From assembly GCA_964523615.1 (NCBI GenBank), contig CAZFZU010000003.1:5659-69658 (forward strand): 64,000 nucleotides of DNA. Direction: 5' to 3'. The notes beneath the pieces are model-generated. The model saw only the letters and a list, made by a program, of their open reading frames with translations, was not told the DNA's origin and did no database searches. This stretch comes from an uncultured Eubacteriales bacterium (GTDB lineage: Bacteria > Acidobacteriota > Aminicenantia > Aminicenantales > Saccharicenantaceae). Position numbers and translations under genes: made by a program. Of this stretch, positions 25,225 through 33,005 are shown piece after piece; position 1 is the first letter of the stretch; each line of letters opens with the position of its first letter.

Positions 25225-27471
25225 TCAATCGACCGATATCGTCACCGTCGTCCGGGTCCCGGCCTTGGTCCCCGAGACCCGGTCCTCGGCGTTGATGTAG
25301 AGGTGATAGGAGCCGGGCGGCAGGCCGTCGAGGGGTAGGTCGAGGGTCAGGGTCTCCGACGCCCCGTGGGCCGCCCGGCCGACGAGGGCCGCCCCGGCCG
25401 AGACGGCGGCGCCCGTGCTCGCGTCGATGAGACGGGCCGTCAGGACGACCTCGGGCTCGGCCGTGCCCGGCACGGCGTAGGGCACCAGGACCTCGAGGCG
25501 CGGCGTCAGCCGCGGCACCGGGCCGGCCGCCGGCGCCAGGAACGAGCGGTCGAATTCGTAGGCGTCCCGCCAGGCCAGCGGGGCCCGGCCCTTCGGCGTG
25601 CCGGCTTCGAGATAGCCGCCGCCGCCCGAAGAGGTGAGGAGAAGAGGCGTCCCCAGCCTCAAACCCGTCGCCGCCTGCGGCTCCCGGACCGAGGCCCGGA
25701 CGGAGCCGACCGCACTGGCGCCCGTCTCCATGTCCCGGACGACCAGGCGGCAGGTGTAGTCGCCGGGCTCGAGGGCCACGCCCGAGAGGAAGGTCAGCGG
25801 CTTGCCCCGCCGGGCCCGGGGATCGATCTCGACCCGGCGGACGTCGCGGACGTCGTTCTTGGCGTCGAAGACGAGCGAGACGAACTCGACCTTGGAGCCC
25901 GTCAGCCGCTCGGTGGCCGCGGCGGGCAGGCCGGCCACGATCCGCAGGCCCAGGCCCTCTCCCGACGCAAAGGCCAGCGCGGCCATCGGGAAGGACACCG
26001 GCAGCCGCGACAGGGACCGCTCGTTGAGGGCCAGGTCGTAGAGGTGGAGCTCCTTCTCCATTTTGGACATGGCCGCGAAGGGCTTGGGATTGAAGTAACC
26101 CGACTGGGCCCGGACCTCGCAATCCGGGCGCGACACCGCGACCTTGACCTCGCGGAAGCGGCCGTCCTCCCGCCCGGTCGCGGCGTAGCCGAGCACGTAG
26201 TACGTGCCGGTCAGCGTCCGGACTTGTTCGAGGTTGCGCTCGAACATGTTGATGTTGGCGTAGTAGCGGCCGCCGGTGATGTCGCTGATCCGCTTCAGGG
26301 AATTGAGTCCGGTCGTCTTGTCGTCCTGGAAGATGTTCGTGGAGTCCTGGAAGACGCCCTGCTCGCCCAGGAAGCCGCGCCCGCCCGACTCGAAGGTCAT
26401 GGAGTCGTAAGCGAACAGGTCGGTCTCCTTGGCCGAGGCCCGGGTGTCGAAGGCGTAGAAGGCGCAGTCGGAGGCGCCGAACTCCTTGTACATGTCCTCG
26501 TTCTGGGTCCGCAGGACCCGGTCGCCGGCGTCGAACGAGGACCGGTCCCGGCCCGACGACGGGTTGCCCGATTGGCCGCCGTAGATGAGCGAAGCGGGCA
26601 CGCCGGTCGAGAAGAACAGGAAGTGCTTCTGGCCGGGGACGTAGCGCAGGGACCGGGCCAGGTCCGTCAGCCGCAGGATGAAGATCTGAGTCTGGCGCTT
26701 GGCCTCCTGGCGGGCGTCCTTCATGGGATCGGTGACGGGGCGTCCGGCCGCGGCCTTGACCATGTCCTCGCTCGTCCCGCCGGCGCCGGCGAGAGGCTCC
26801 TGGGCCATGGTCCAGTACTGGAGCTCGAGGTCGGCGGCCCGGCCGGCGATGTCCTTGCTGCCGATGCCCTCGACGACCTCGCGGACCTTGGCCAGGTCGC
26901 GGGTCAGGTACTCGTGGACGCGGACGCCCCTGAGCATGGTGTAGGAAAGGACGCCGATCTCGTCGCCAGGCCCGGCCTTGGTGTCGAGGAAGTGCAGGGC
27001 GGCCTTGCGGGCCTTGAACACGCCGCGGCCGTTGTTGAAGGCGAAGTCGAAGAACAGGAAGAACTTCCGGGACGGGGCGGGGACGGCGGCCTCGCTCCGG
27101 GCGGCGTCGGCCGGGACAGGCTCCGGTCCCGCCGGCGCCGCGAGCGCGCCCTCGGCCAGGGTGTGCTTCTCGAAATCCGTCAGGACGACCGGCTGGCCGT
27201 CGTCGGTGACCGTGAAATCGCTCAGGCTCAGGTCCTCGACCGGCCGGCCTTTCTTATCGGTGACGTAGACCTGGACGAGCTTGAGGACGACCGAGACCTC
27301 GTGCCGGGGCGGCTTGGTCGGGTCCTGGCGCGCGCCGGCCGGGGCGGACTGAGGCAGGGCCGGGGCGGACAGCGCCGTCAGCGCGGCGAGCGCGACGAGG
27401 ACGGCGGCCAGGGAGAGGATGCCTCCCGCGCGGCGGGAAGGGGCGGTGCGGAAAGGGCCATCGAACGGCAT
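25225..27471 (-). CDS. VWA domain protein, TIGR03436-like (tandem paralog)
   Basis: Same architecture as 22991..25174 (HEVSVVLKLVQVYVTDKKGRPVEDLSLSDFTVTDDGQPVVL). Identical C-terminal ~32 aa. Confidence 0.7.
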   Translation of the reverse strand: MPFDGPFRTAPSRRAGGILSLAAVLVALAALTALSAPALPQSAPAGARQDPTKPPRHEVSVVLKLVQVYVTDKKGRPVEDLSLSDFTVTDDGQPVVLTDFEKHTLAEGALAAPAGPEPVPADAARSEAAVPAPSRKFFLFFDFAFNNGRGVFKARKAALHFLDTKAGPGDEIGVLSYTMLRGVRVHEYLTRDLAKVREVVEGIGSKDIAGRAADLELQYWTMAQEPLAGAGGTSEDMVKAAAGRPVTDPMKDARQEAKRQTQIFILRLTDLARSLRYVPGQKHFLFFSTGVPASLIYGGQSGNPSSGRDRSSFDAGDRVLRTQNEDMYKEFGASDCAFYAFDTRASAKETDLFAYDSMTFESGGRGFLGEQGVFQDSTNIFQDDKTTGLNSLKRISDITGGRYYANINMFERNLEQVRTLTGTYYVLGYAATGREDGRFREVKVAVSRPDCEVRAQSGYFNPKPFAAMSKMEKELHLYDLALNERSLSRLPVSFPMAALAFASGEGLGLRIVAGLPAAATERLTGSKVEFVSLVFDAKNDVRDVRRVEIDPRARRGKPLTFLSGVALEPGDYTCRLVVRDMETGASAVGSVRASVREPQAATGLRLGTPLLLTSSGGGGYLEAGTPKGRAPLAWRDAYEFDRSFLAPAAGPVPRLTPRLEVLVPYAVPGTAEPEVVLTARLIDASTGAAVSAGAALVGRAAHGASETLTLDLPLDGLPPGSYHLYINAEDRVSGTKAGTRTTVTISVD
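25238..25335. repeat. 98-bp segment identical to 23004..23101
   Basis: See the partner repeat. Confidence 0.8.
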
Positions 27472-27568
27472 CGGTCCTCCAGGACGGCGAACGTTCCCTC
27501 ACCCTTTCCGCGCCCATTGTCCGTCCGGCCCCCCGTGTTTGTCAAGCCGCCCGGACCGCCCCCGGCGA

Positions 27569-27597
27569 TTGACGGCCCCCGCCCCGGCGCCTATACT
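27569..27597 (+). promoter_or_regulatory. sigma70-like promoter candidate (TTGACG-17 nt-TATACT) driving the GWxTD/pgs genes with a very short leader
   Basis: TTGACG at 27569-74 and TATACT at 27592-97 with a 17-nt spacer. Only ~14 nt between the -10 element and the ATG at 27612. Lies in the divergent intergenic region shared with the VWA genes. Confidence 0.45.
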
Positions 27598-27611
27598 GAG
27601 AGCGTAACGCC

Positions 27612-28277
27612 ATGCCCGCGGGGAGGCCCACCGTGAACGATTCGAGATCCCTTCGCGCCGCCGTCGTGATCGCCGCCGCCGTCCTGTCCGTGGCCGGCCG
27701 CGTCGCCGCGGCCATCCCGAAAAAGGACGTCTGGTACACCCAGCACTACGTAATCATGCAGGACTTCGAGAAGAAGGCCTACCGCAAGATGTCGGAAGCG
27801 GGCCGCCAGGCTTTCCAGGAGCTGTTCTGGGCCGTCCGCACGGCCGACGCCCGGGCCGCGTTCGCCGCCCGGCTGGAGTACGTCAAGAAGAACTACTGGA
27901 AAGAGAACAACCAGCAGCCCTGGAACACCGACCGCTCCCGGGTCTACCTCCTCAACGGCAGCCCGGCCTCGATCGACGTCGACCAGAACGCCGCCTGGGC
28001 GACGAGCGGCACGCCCAGCCAGTTCATGCAGGCGACCGACCGGTCCAACGAGGACGTCGCCGCCAACCGGGCCGAGGTCTGGGTCTACCCGTACGAGAAG
28101 TACTTCATCAAGTACACCTTCACCTTCGTCCAGCCCTACTCCTGGAAGATCGTCCAGGGCTCGGGCAACCGGTACTTGGGCGAGTTCGAGACCCACAGCC
28201 GGGAGGTCACTTTCGGGATCGCCGACCTCGAGGCCTACAAGGCGGAGATCGAGGCCCTCGTCGCCAAGAAGAAGTAG
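27612..28277 (+). CDS. secreted GWxTD-type domain protein
   Basis: Signal peptide. Motif ...NYWKENNQQPWNTDRSRVYLLNGSPASI matches my recollection of the GWxTDRG-x-YI-x-G-P-D-x-I core (here PWNTD). Confidence 0.5.
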   Translation: MPAGRPTVNDSRSLRAAVVIAAAVLSVAGRVAAAIPKKDVWYTQHYVIMQDFEKKAYRKMSEAGRQAFQELFWAVRTADARAAFAARLEYVKKNYWKENNQQPWNTDRSRVYLLNGSPASIDVDQNAAWATSGTPSQFMQATDRSNEDVAANRAEVWVYPYEKYFIKYTFTFVQPYSWKIVQGSGNRYLGEFETHSREVTFGIADLEAYKAEIEALVAKKK

Positions 28278-28400
28278 CCGCCCGCCGGAAGGCCCGGGAG
28301 ACCGACGACGCGCGAGCTGATCGTTTTCACCGCGGCGCTGGCCGCCCTCCTTCTCTACCTGCTGGCCGAGCGTGTCCGCCACGGGCGGGCACTGCGCCGC

Positions 28401-29507
28401 GTGCCGCGTCGCGTGGCCGTCTCCGGGACCCGCGGCAAGTCCGGCGTGACCCGGCTCGTCGCGGCCGGGCTGAGGGCCTCGGGCGCCCGCGTCCTGGCCA
28501 AGACGACCGGCTCCCGGCCCCGGCTCATCCTGCCCGACGGCTCCGAGCGCGACATCGACCGGGCCGGCCCGCCCTCTATCCGCGAGCAGGTCCGGCTCGT
28601 CGCCCTGGCCGCCGAGCTCGGCGCCGATACCCTGGTCGCCGAGATGATGAGCATCGGCGCGGAGACCCTGGCCGCCGAATCGCGGCGCGTCCTCCGGCCG
28701 GGCGCCCTGGCCCTGACCAACGCCCGGCTCGACCACCTCGACGACATGGGCCGGGACAAGGCGGCCGTCGCCCGGACCCTGGCCGAGGCCGTGGCCGAAG
28801 GGGCGGACGTCTTCGTGCCCGAAGAAGAGGTCCGGCCCGAATTCGAGCGGGCGGCCGTTCGGGCCGGGGCCAGACTGCGGCCCGTCCGGCGCGGCCGGGC
28901 GGGGGAGGACCTGCCGCTGGGCGAGTTCGAGCCCAACCGGCGCCTGGCCCTGGCCGTCTGCGACGCCCTGGGCGTCGACCGGGAGACGGCGGAGCGGGGG
29001 ATGGCCGCTGCCGCTCCCGATCCGGGCCGGCTCGAGGTTTGGGAGGGGCTCTTCGGCCGCCCGCCGCGCCGCGCGACGGGCGTCTCGCTTTTCGCCGCCA
29101 ACGAGCCCGAGTCGTCGGCCGCCGCCCTGGCCGCCGTGAGGGCCCGCCTGAGGTTCGGAGACCGGCCTCTGGCCGCGCTGCTCGTCCTGCGCGAGGACCG
29201 CGGCGACCGGACCCTGCAGTGGCTCCGCGCGGCCGCCGATGGCTTCTTCGCGGATTTCGCCGCCGTCGTCCTGGCCGGCCCGCAGGCCCGTCCGGCGCTG
29301 CGGCGCCTGCGCCGCGCCATGGGCCGCGACGCGTCCCGCGGGACGGCCTTCACGGCTTCGTCCTCCGCTTCGCCCGAAGCTCTCACGGACCTCGTCGTGG
29401 CCGAGGCCGGCGGAGAACCGGTCGTCGTCGGGCTCGGGAATTACGTCGGCCTGGGCGAGGCCATCGCCCGTCATTGGGAAGGCCGGGAGAAGGCCCATGA
29501 TCGTTGA
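28401..29507 (+). CDS. pgsB: poly-gamma-glutamate synthase PgsB/CapB (Mur-ligase-like amide ligase); coordinates follow the ORF-track GTG start but the true N-terminus lies upstream
   Basis: VAVSGTRGKSGVTRL P-loop and downstream sequence align well with my memory of B. subtilis PgsB (VNINGIRGKSTVTRL...GKTTG...). The in-frame 120 nt upstream encode the expected N-terminal TM helix (ELIVFTAALAALLLYLLAERV) but contain no ATG/GTG/TTG. Confidence 0.8.
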   Translation: MPRRVAVSGTRGKSGVTRLVAAGLRASGARVLAKTTGSRPRLILPDGSERDIDRAGPPSIREQVRLVALAAELGADTLVAEMMSIGAETLAAESRRVLRPGALALTNARLDHLDDMGRDKAAVARTLAEAVAEGADVFVPEEEVRPEFERAAVRAGARLRPVRRGRAGEDLPLGEFEPNRRLALAVCDALGVDRETAERGMAAAAPDPGRLEVWEGLFGRPPRRATGVSLFAANEPESSAAALAAVRARLRFGDRPLAALLVLREDRGDRTLQWLRAAADGFFADFAAVVLAGPQARPALRRLRRAMGRDASRGTAFTASSSASPEALTDLVVAEAGGEPVVVGLGNYVGLGEAIARHWEGREKAHDR

Positions 29508-29931
29508 GACCCTGCTCATCGGACTCGTCCTGGCCCTGGTCTGGGCCGAGCTCACCGACGTCTCGCCCGGCGGCATCATCGTCGCCGGTTACTTCGCCCT
29601 CTATCTCGACCGGCCTCTTCGCGTCGCGGCCACCCTGGCCGTCGCGCTCGCCGCCTGGGCCGTCGTCCGGGCCCTTTCGCGCCAGCTCATCCTGTTCGGC
29701 CGGCGCCGGTTCGTCCTGGCCGTCCTCGTCGGCGCCGTCCTGTCGCAGGCCTGGCTCCTGGCCGCGCCCCGGCTCTTCGCCGGGCCGGTCGAGACGCGGG
29801 TCATCGGCTGGATCGTGCCCGGTATCCTGGCCTCGAGCCTGTCCCGGCAGAAGCCCCTGCCGACGCTGGCCTCGCTGGCCGCCGTCTCGACCCTGACCTA
29901 CGCCGTGGCCCGGCTGGCGGCGCTGTTGTGA
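29497..29931 (+). CDS. pgsC: poly-gamma-glutamate synthesis membrane protein PgsC/CapC
   Basis: 145 aa, 4-5 TM. MIVETLLIGLVLALVWAELTDVSPGGIIVAGYFALY...FGRRRF...GWIVPGILAS aligns with the recalled CapC/PgsC pattern. 11-nt overlap with the pgsB stop. Confidence 0.8.
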   Translation: MIVETLLIGLVLALVWAELTDVSPGGIIVAGYFALYLDRPLRVAATLAVALAAWAVVRALSRQLILFGRRRFVLAVLVGAVLSQAWLLAAPRLFAGPVETRVIGWIVPGILASSLSRQKPLPTLASLAAVSTLTYAVARLAALL

Positions 29932-31070
29932 AGGGACCGGCAGGGCGCCGCCGCGCCGCCGCGATCTATGCCGCGGCCGGGTTGAGCCTCGTCTACCTCG
30001 CCGCCGTGCTCCTCCTGCCCGGGCGGGACCCGGCAACCCGCGCGGACATGACCGAGGCCGCCCGGCTCATGGTCCGGGCGACGGCCGCCATCCGGGACGG
30101 CCGCCTGGCCGGGGGTTTCCCCATCGACCCGGCCGCCGATCCGAACGGCACGGGCTTCATCGGTGTCGAAAGCTCCGCCGTGACGACCTCGGCCGGTCGG
30201 CTCGAGGCCAAGCGGACGACGACGAACCCCGAATTCGCCGCCCTCGCCGTCGCCCTCCTGCGCGAGGCCGGGGCGCGGCGCGGCGACGCCGTGGCCGTCG
30301 GGGCCTCGAGCTCGTTCCCGGGCCTCATCGTGGCGACGCTCTCGGCGGCCCGGGTCCTGGGACTCGAGCCGCTCGTCATCTCCTCGCTCGGCGCGTCGCA
30401 ATGGGGCGCCAACGTTCCGGGCTTCGGCTGGCTGGAGATGGAGGGCTGTCTGCGGGACGCGGGCCTCTACGACGCCGCGCCCTTGGCCCGGTCCGTCGGC
30501 GGGGAAGGGGACGTCGGCCGGGACATGGACCCCGCGGGGCGGTCGGGGCTGGAGGCCCGGCTTCGGGCCGGGGACGCGCCCTTCCTCGCGGAGCCGGACC
30601 TGCCCCGCAACGTCGCCCGCCGCATGGCCCTCTACCGAGAGCGCGCCGCGGGACGACGGATCGCGGCTTTCGTCAACATCGGCGGCTCGACGGCCAATAT
30701 CGGCACTAACGCCGAGGTCCTGAAGCTCCGGCCGGGCTTGGCCGGCGGCGTATTCGTGCCGCCGCCGGGCGAGCGAGGCGTCCTGCAGGCCATGGCCGCC
30801 GAGGGCGTCCCCGTCATCCACCTGCTCAATATCCGGGGCCTCTGCGAGCGCTACGGCCTCGCCTGGGACCCCCGGCCACTACCCGAACCGGGCGCCGGCC
30901 CCCTCTACCGACGGGCCGGCCGCGGCTCGCGCCCGCCCGTCCCGCCGACGATCGCCTATGTCCTGGCCATGGCCGTCCTCTTAAAATGGGGCCGTTTCTA
31001 TTTATTTTTTTCATCTTCCATTCATAAGATGAATAAAAAAAACGGAAACGGCCCCTTTTTTCGGGATTGA
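29928..31070 (+). CDS. membrane-anchored putative poly-gamma-glutamate system accessory protein (in the position of PgsA/CapA but not CapA-like)
   Basis: Overlaps pgsC by 4 nt (translational coupling). N-terminal TM helix. No metallophosphatase-like CapA motifs. I recall a TIGRFAMs 'poly-gamma-glutamate system protein' family that accompanies pgsBC where capA is absent. The last ~30 codons and the stop are supplied by the palindromic AT-rich element. Confidence 0.45.
   Translation: MKGPAGRRRAAAIYAAAGLSLVYLAAVLLLPGRDPATRADMTEAARLMVRATAAIRDGRLAGGFPIDPAADPNGTGFIGVESSAVTTSAGRLEAKRTTTNPEFAALAVALLREAGARRGDAVAVGASSSFPGLIVATLSAARVLGLEPLVISSLGASQWGANVPGFGWLEMEGCLRDAGLYDAAPLARSVGGEGDVGRDMDPAGRSGLEARLRAGDAPFLAEPDLPRNVARRMALYRERAAGRRIAAFVNIGGSTANIGTNAEVLKLRPGLAGGVFVPPPGERGVLQAMAAEGVPVIHLLNIRGLCERYGLAWDPRPLPEPGAGPLYRRAGRGSRPPVPPTIAYVLAMAVLLKWGRFYLFFSSSIHKMNKKNGNGPFFRD
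30982..31061. repeat. AT-rich palindromic element, copy 1 (arms GGGGCCGTTTC / GAAACGGCCCC, inner repeat TTCATCTT / AAGATGAA, flanked by A- and T-runs)
   Basis: Perfect 11-bp inverted repeat with ~47-nt AT-rich loop. Near-identical to the element at 50735..50820. Confidence 0.75.
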
Positions 31071-31174
31071 CAAGGGCGGCGCGACGGGCCGATAATGGCC
31101 CCGTCCGGTCCGGCCTGTCCCGTGACCCGTCCCTGTTCCGCATGGCGCGATAAATCTTCGAAGAGGGAGGAGTC

Positions 31175-31828
31175 ATGTCCAAAAGAACGCTCGCCGTCCT
31201 GAGCCTCGCGGCCTTCGCCGTCCTGCTCGTCCTGTCGCCCGCTTGCGTCTCCAAGAAACGCCTGCAGCGCGTCGAACAGGAGAGCGCCGCCCAGCTGGCC
31301 CAGGCCAACGCCCGCATCGACGAGCTCGTCCAGAAGAGCGACGCTCTCGACAAGAGCCTCAAGGACACCCAGGGCGCGCTGGCCGGGGCCCAGAACGAGA
31401 ACAAGCAGCTCTCGGCCAAGGCCGCCTCGCTCAAGGACCAGCTGACCGCGCTCGAGGCCCAGAAGGCCGAGCTCGACAAGGCCCTGGCCGCCGGCAAGGA
31501 GACCGAGGCGTCCTACCAGAAGAAGGTCCGCTCCCTCAACGGCGCCATCGCCGGCCTCAGGAAGCAGGTGACCGAGATGGAAGCCCAGATCACCGCCAAG
31601 GACGGCGAGATCGCCGCCCTGAAACAGACCGAGGCTTCACTCATGGCCGCCGCCGAAGAGCAGGCCCGTAAGTTCGCCGCTCTGACCGCCGACAAGGACG
31701 CCCTGGCCGCCAACCTGGACAAGACGGTCGCCAGCAAGAAATCGACGACCCTGGTCCTGGGCATCCTGTTGGCGCTGGCCGTCATCCTGGCCATCGTCGG
31801 GTTCGTCAAGGGCAAGAAGACCGCCTGA
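31175..31828 (+). CDS. coiled-coil lipoprotein with C-terminal transmembrane anchor, function unknown
   Basis: Lipobox LVLSPAC. ~170 aa of heptad-like Q/A/K/E/L-rich sequence. C-terminal hydrophobic helix TTLVLGILLALAVILAIVGFV followed by KGKKTA. Confidence 0.55.
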   Translation: MSKRTLAVLSLAAFAVLLVLSPACVSKKRLQRVEQESAAQLAQANARIDELVQKSDALDKSLKDTQGALAGAQNENKQLSAKAASLKDQLTALEAQKAELDKALAAGKETEASYQKKVRSLNGAIAGLRKQVTEMEAQITAKDGEIAALKQTEASLMAAAEEQARKFAALTADKDALAANLDKTVASKKSTTLVLGILLALAVILAIVGFVKGKKTA

Positions 31829-31853
31829 GACGGCCTCCGGGCCGTCCCGGCCG

Positions 31854-33005
31854 TCACTCGTAGTAGAGGCGGGAGCGGTCGGCCGCGCGGGGGTCCTTGA
31901 GGAAGGCGCCCGTGCCTTTCTCGACGACCTCGGTGTAGCGGGGGACCCCCGCCACGACGACGCCCTGGTCCGGCTTGTCGGCCGTCCAGTTCTCGAGGAT
32001 CTGGAGCACCGTCGAGGTGTGCCGGCCGACCCGGACGTCGATGGGCCAACCCGTCTCGTCGATCTTCTCGAACAGCAGCCCCCGCTTCCCGGCCCGGACG
32101 ACGAACTCGTCCCGGCCGGTGAGCAGGAGGGCCCGGTCGGTGCGGCCGCGCGTGGCGTCGAGGAACGGCTCCGGGGCCTCGAGCAGGAGCGAGATGGCGT
32201 CGGTGGCGTCGCCGATCTCGCGGTGGGACAGGCCGCGCAGGGCCTTGGGCGAGTTCTCGACGCCGATGGCGAAACCCTCGTCGCTGCTGATGAACATGGA
32301 GGCCGCCGCGGCCAGGTCGGCGCCCTTCTCGTGGGCCACGATGGTGCTGATGACGGGGTACTGCAGCTCGGCCTCGTGGAAATCGATGGCGATGTCGACC
32401 TTCTCGCGCCGGATGAGCTCGGTGATGGCGTAGCCGGTCCGCTCGGTCAGGGTGCCGTTCGGTCGCCCGGGGAAGGCCCGGTTGAGGTTGCGGATGTCGA
32501 CGTAGGCCAGCTGCTGGCGCGACGGGTAGTGGAGGTAGACCTCGGGGTCGGGCCACTGGTCGAGAGGATTGGACCAGCGGTCGCCCATGCGGAAGGTCCG
32601 CCCGCCGTAGGGCGTCGGGATGGTGAAGTCGGGGGGATAGGCGCCGCCGAGCCGGGTCGCCGTCGAGCCGCTGCGGTTGGCCGTCAGGACGACGAGGAGG
32701 CGGCCCCGGACGAGCTCGGCGTTCTCGGCGAAGATCCAGGAGGCCAGCCGCCCGGCCGGCTCCTCCGCGTGGGTCCCGCCGAGGAGGAGCACGGTGCCGC
32801 CGGGCTCACGCCCTTCCAGGATATAGACGTGGGCGTCGTTGACCGTGCCCTTGACCGGCGCGAAATAGTCCCCGAGGCTGGCCACGCGCGCGACGCCCGG
32901 GCCGGCCACGACGGGCTCGGGCAGGTGCCGGCTGCGGTGGAAGCTCAGCCCGGCCAAGACGGCCAGGACGAGGCCCAACCCGGCGATGGCAGCCTTGCGG
33001 ATCAT
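31854..33005 (-). CDS. succinylglutamate desuccinylase/aspartoacylase (AstE/AspA, M14-like) family zinc hydrolase, secreted or membrane-anchored
   Basis: Start at MIRKAAIAG with signal/TM. Zinc-binding-like motif LLLGGTHAEEPAG and E-rich motif (IDFHEAE) typical of the AstE_AspA family. Confidence 0.6.
   Translation of the reverse strand: MIRKAAIAGLGLVLAVLAGLSFHRSRHLPEPVVAGPGVARVASLGDYFAPVKGTVNDAHVYILEGREPGGTVLLLGGTHAEEPAGRLASWIFAENAELVRGRLLVVLTANRSGSTATRLGGAYPPDFTIPTPYGGRTFRMGDRWSNPLDQWPDPEVYLHYPSRQQLAYVDIRNLNRAFPGRPNGTLTERTGYAITELIRREKVDIAIDFHEAELQYPVISTIVAHEKGADLAAAASMFISSDEGFAIGVENSPKALRGLSHREIGDATDAISLLLEAPEPFLDATRGRTDRALLLTGRDEFVVRAGKRGLLFEKIDETGWPIDVRVGRHTSTVLQILENWTADKPDQGVVVAGVPRYTEVVEKGTGAFLKDPRAADRSRLYYE

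Noticed and set aside
29928-31070. Calling the third gene of the cassette PgsA/CapA
   Set aside because: The protein has no recognisable CapA/metallophosphatase-like motifs. Positional analogy alone is not enough, so it is described as an alternative accessory protein.
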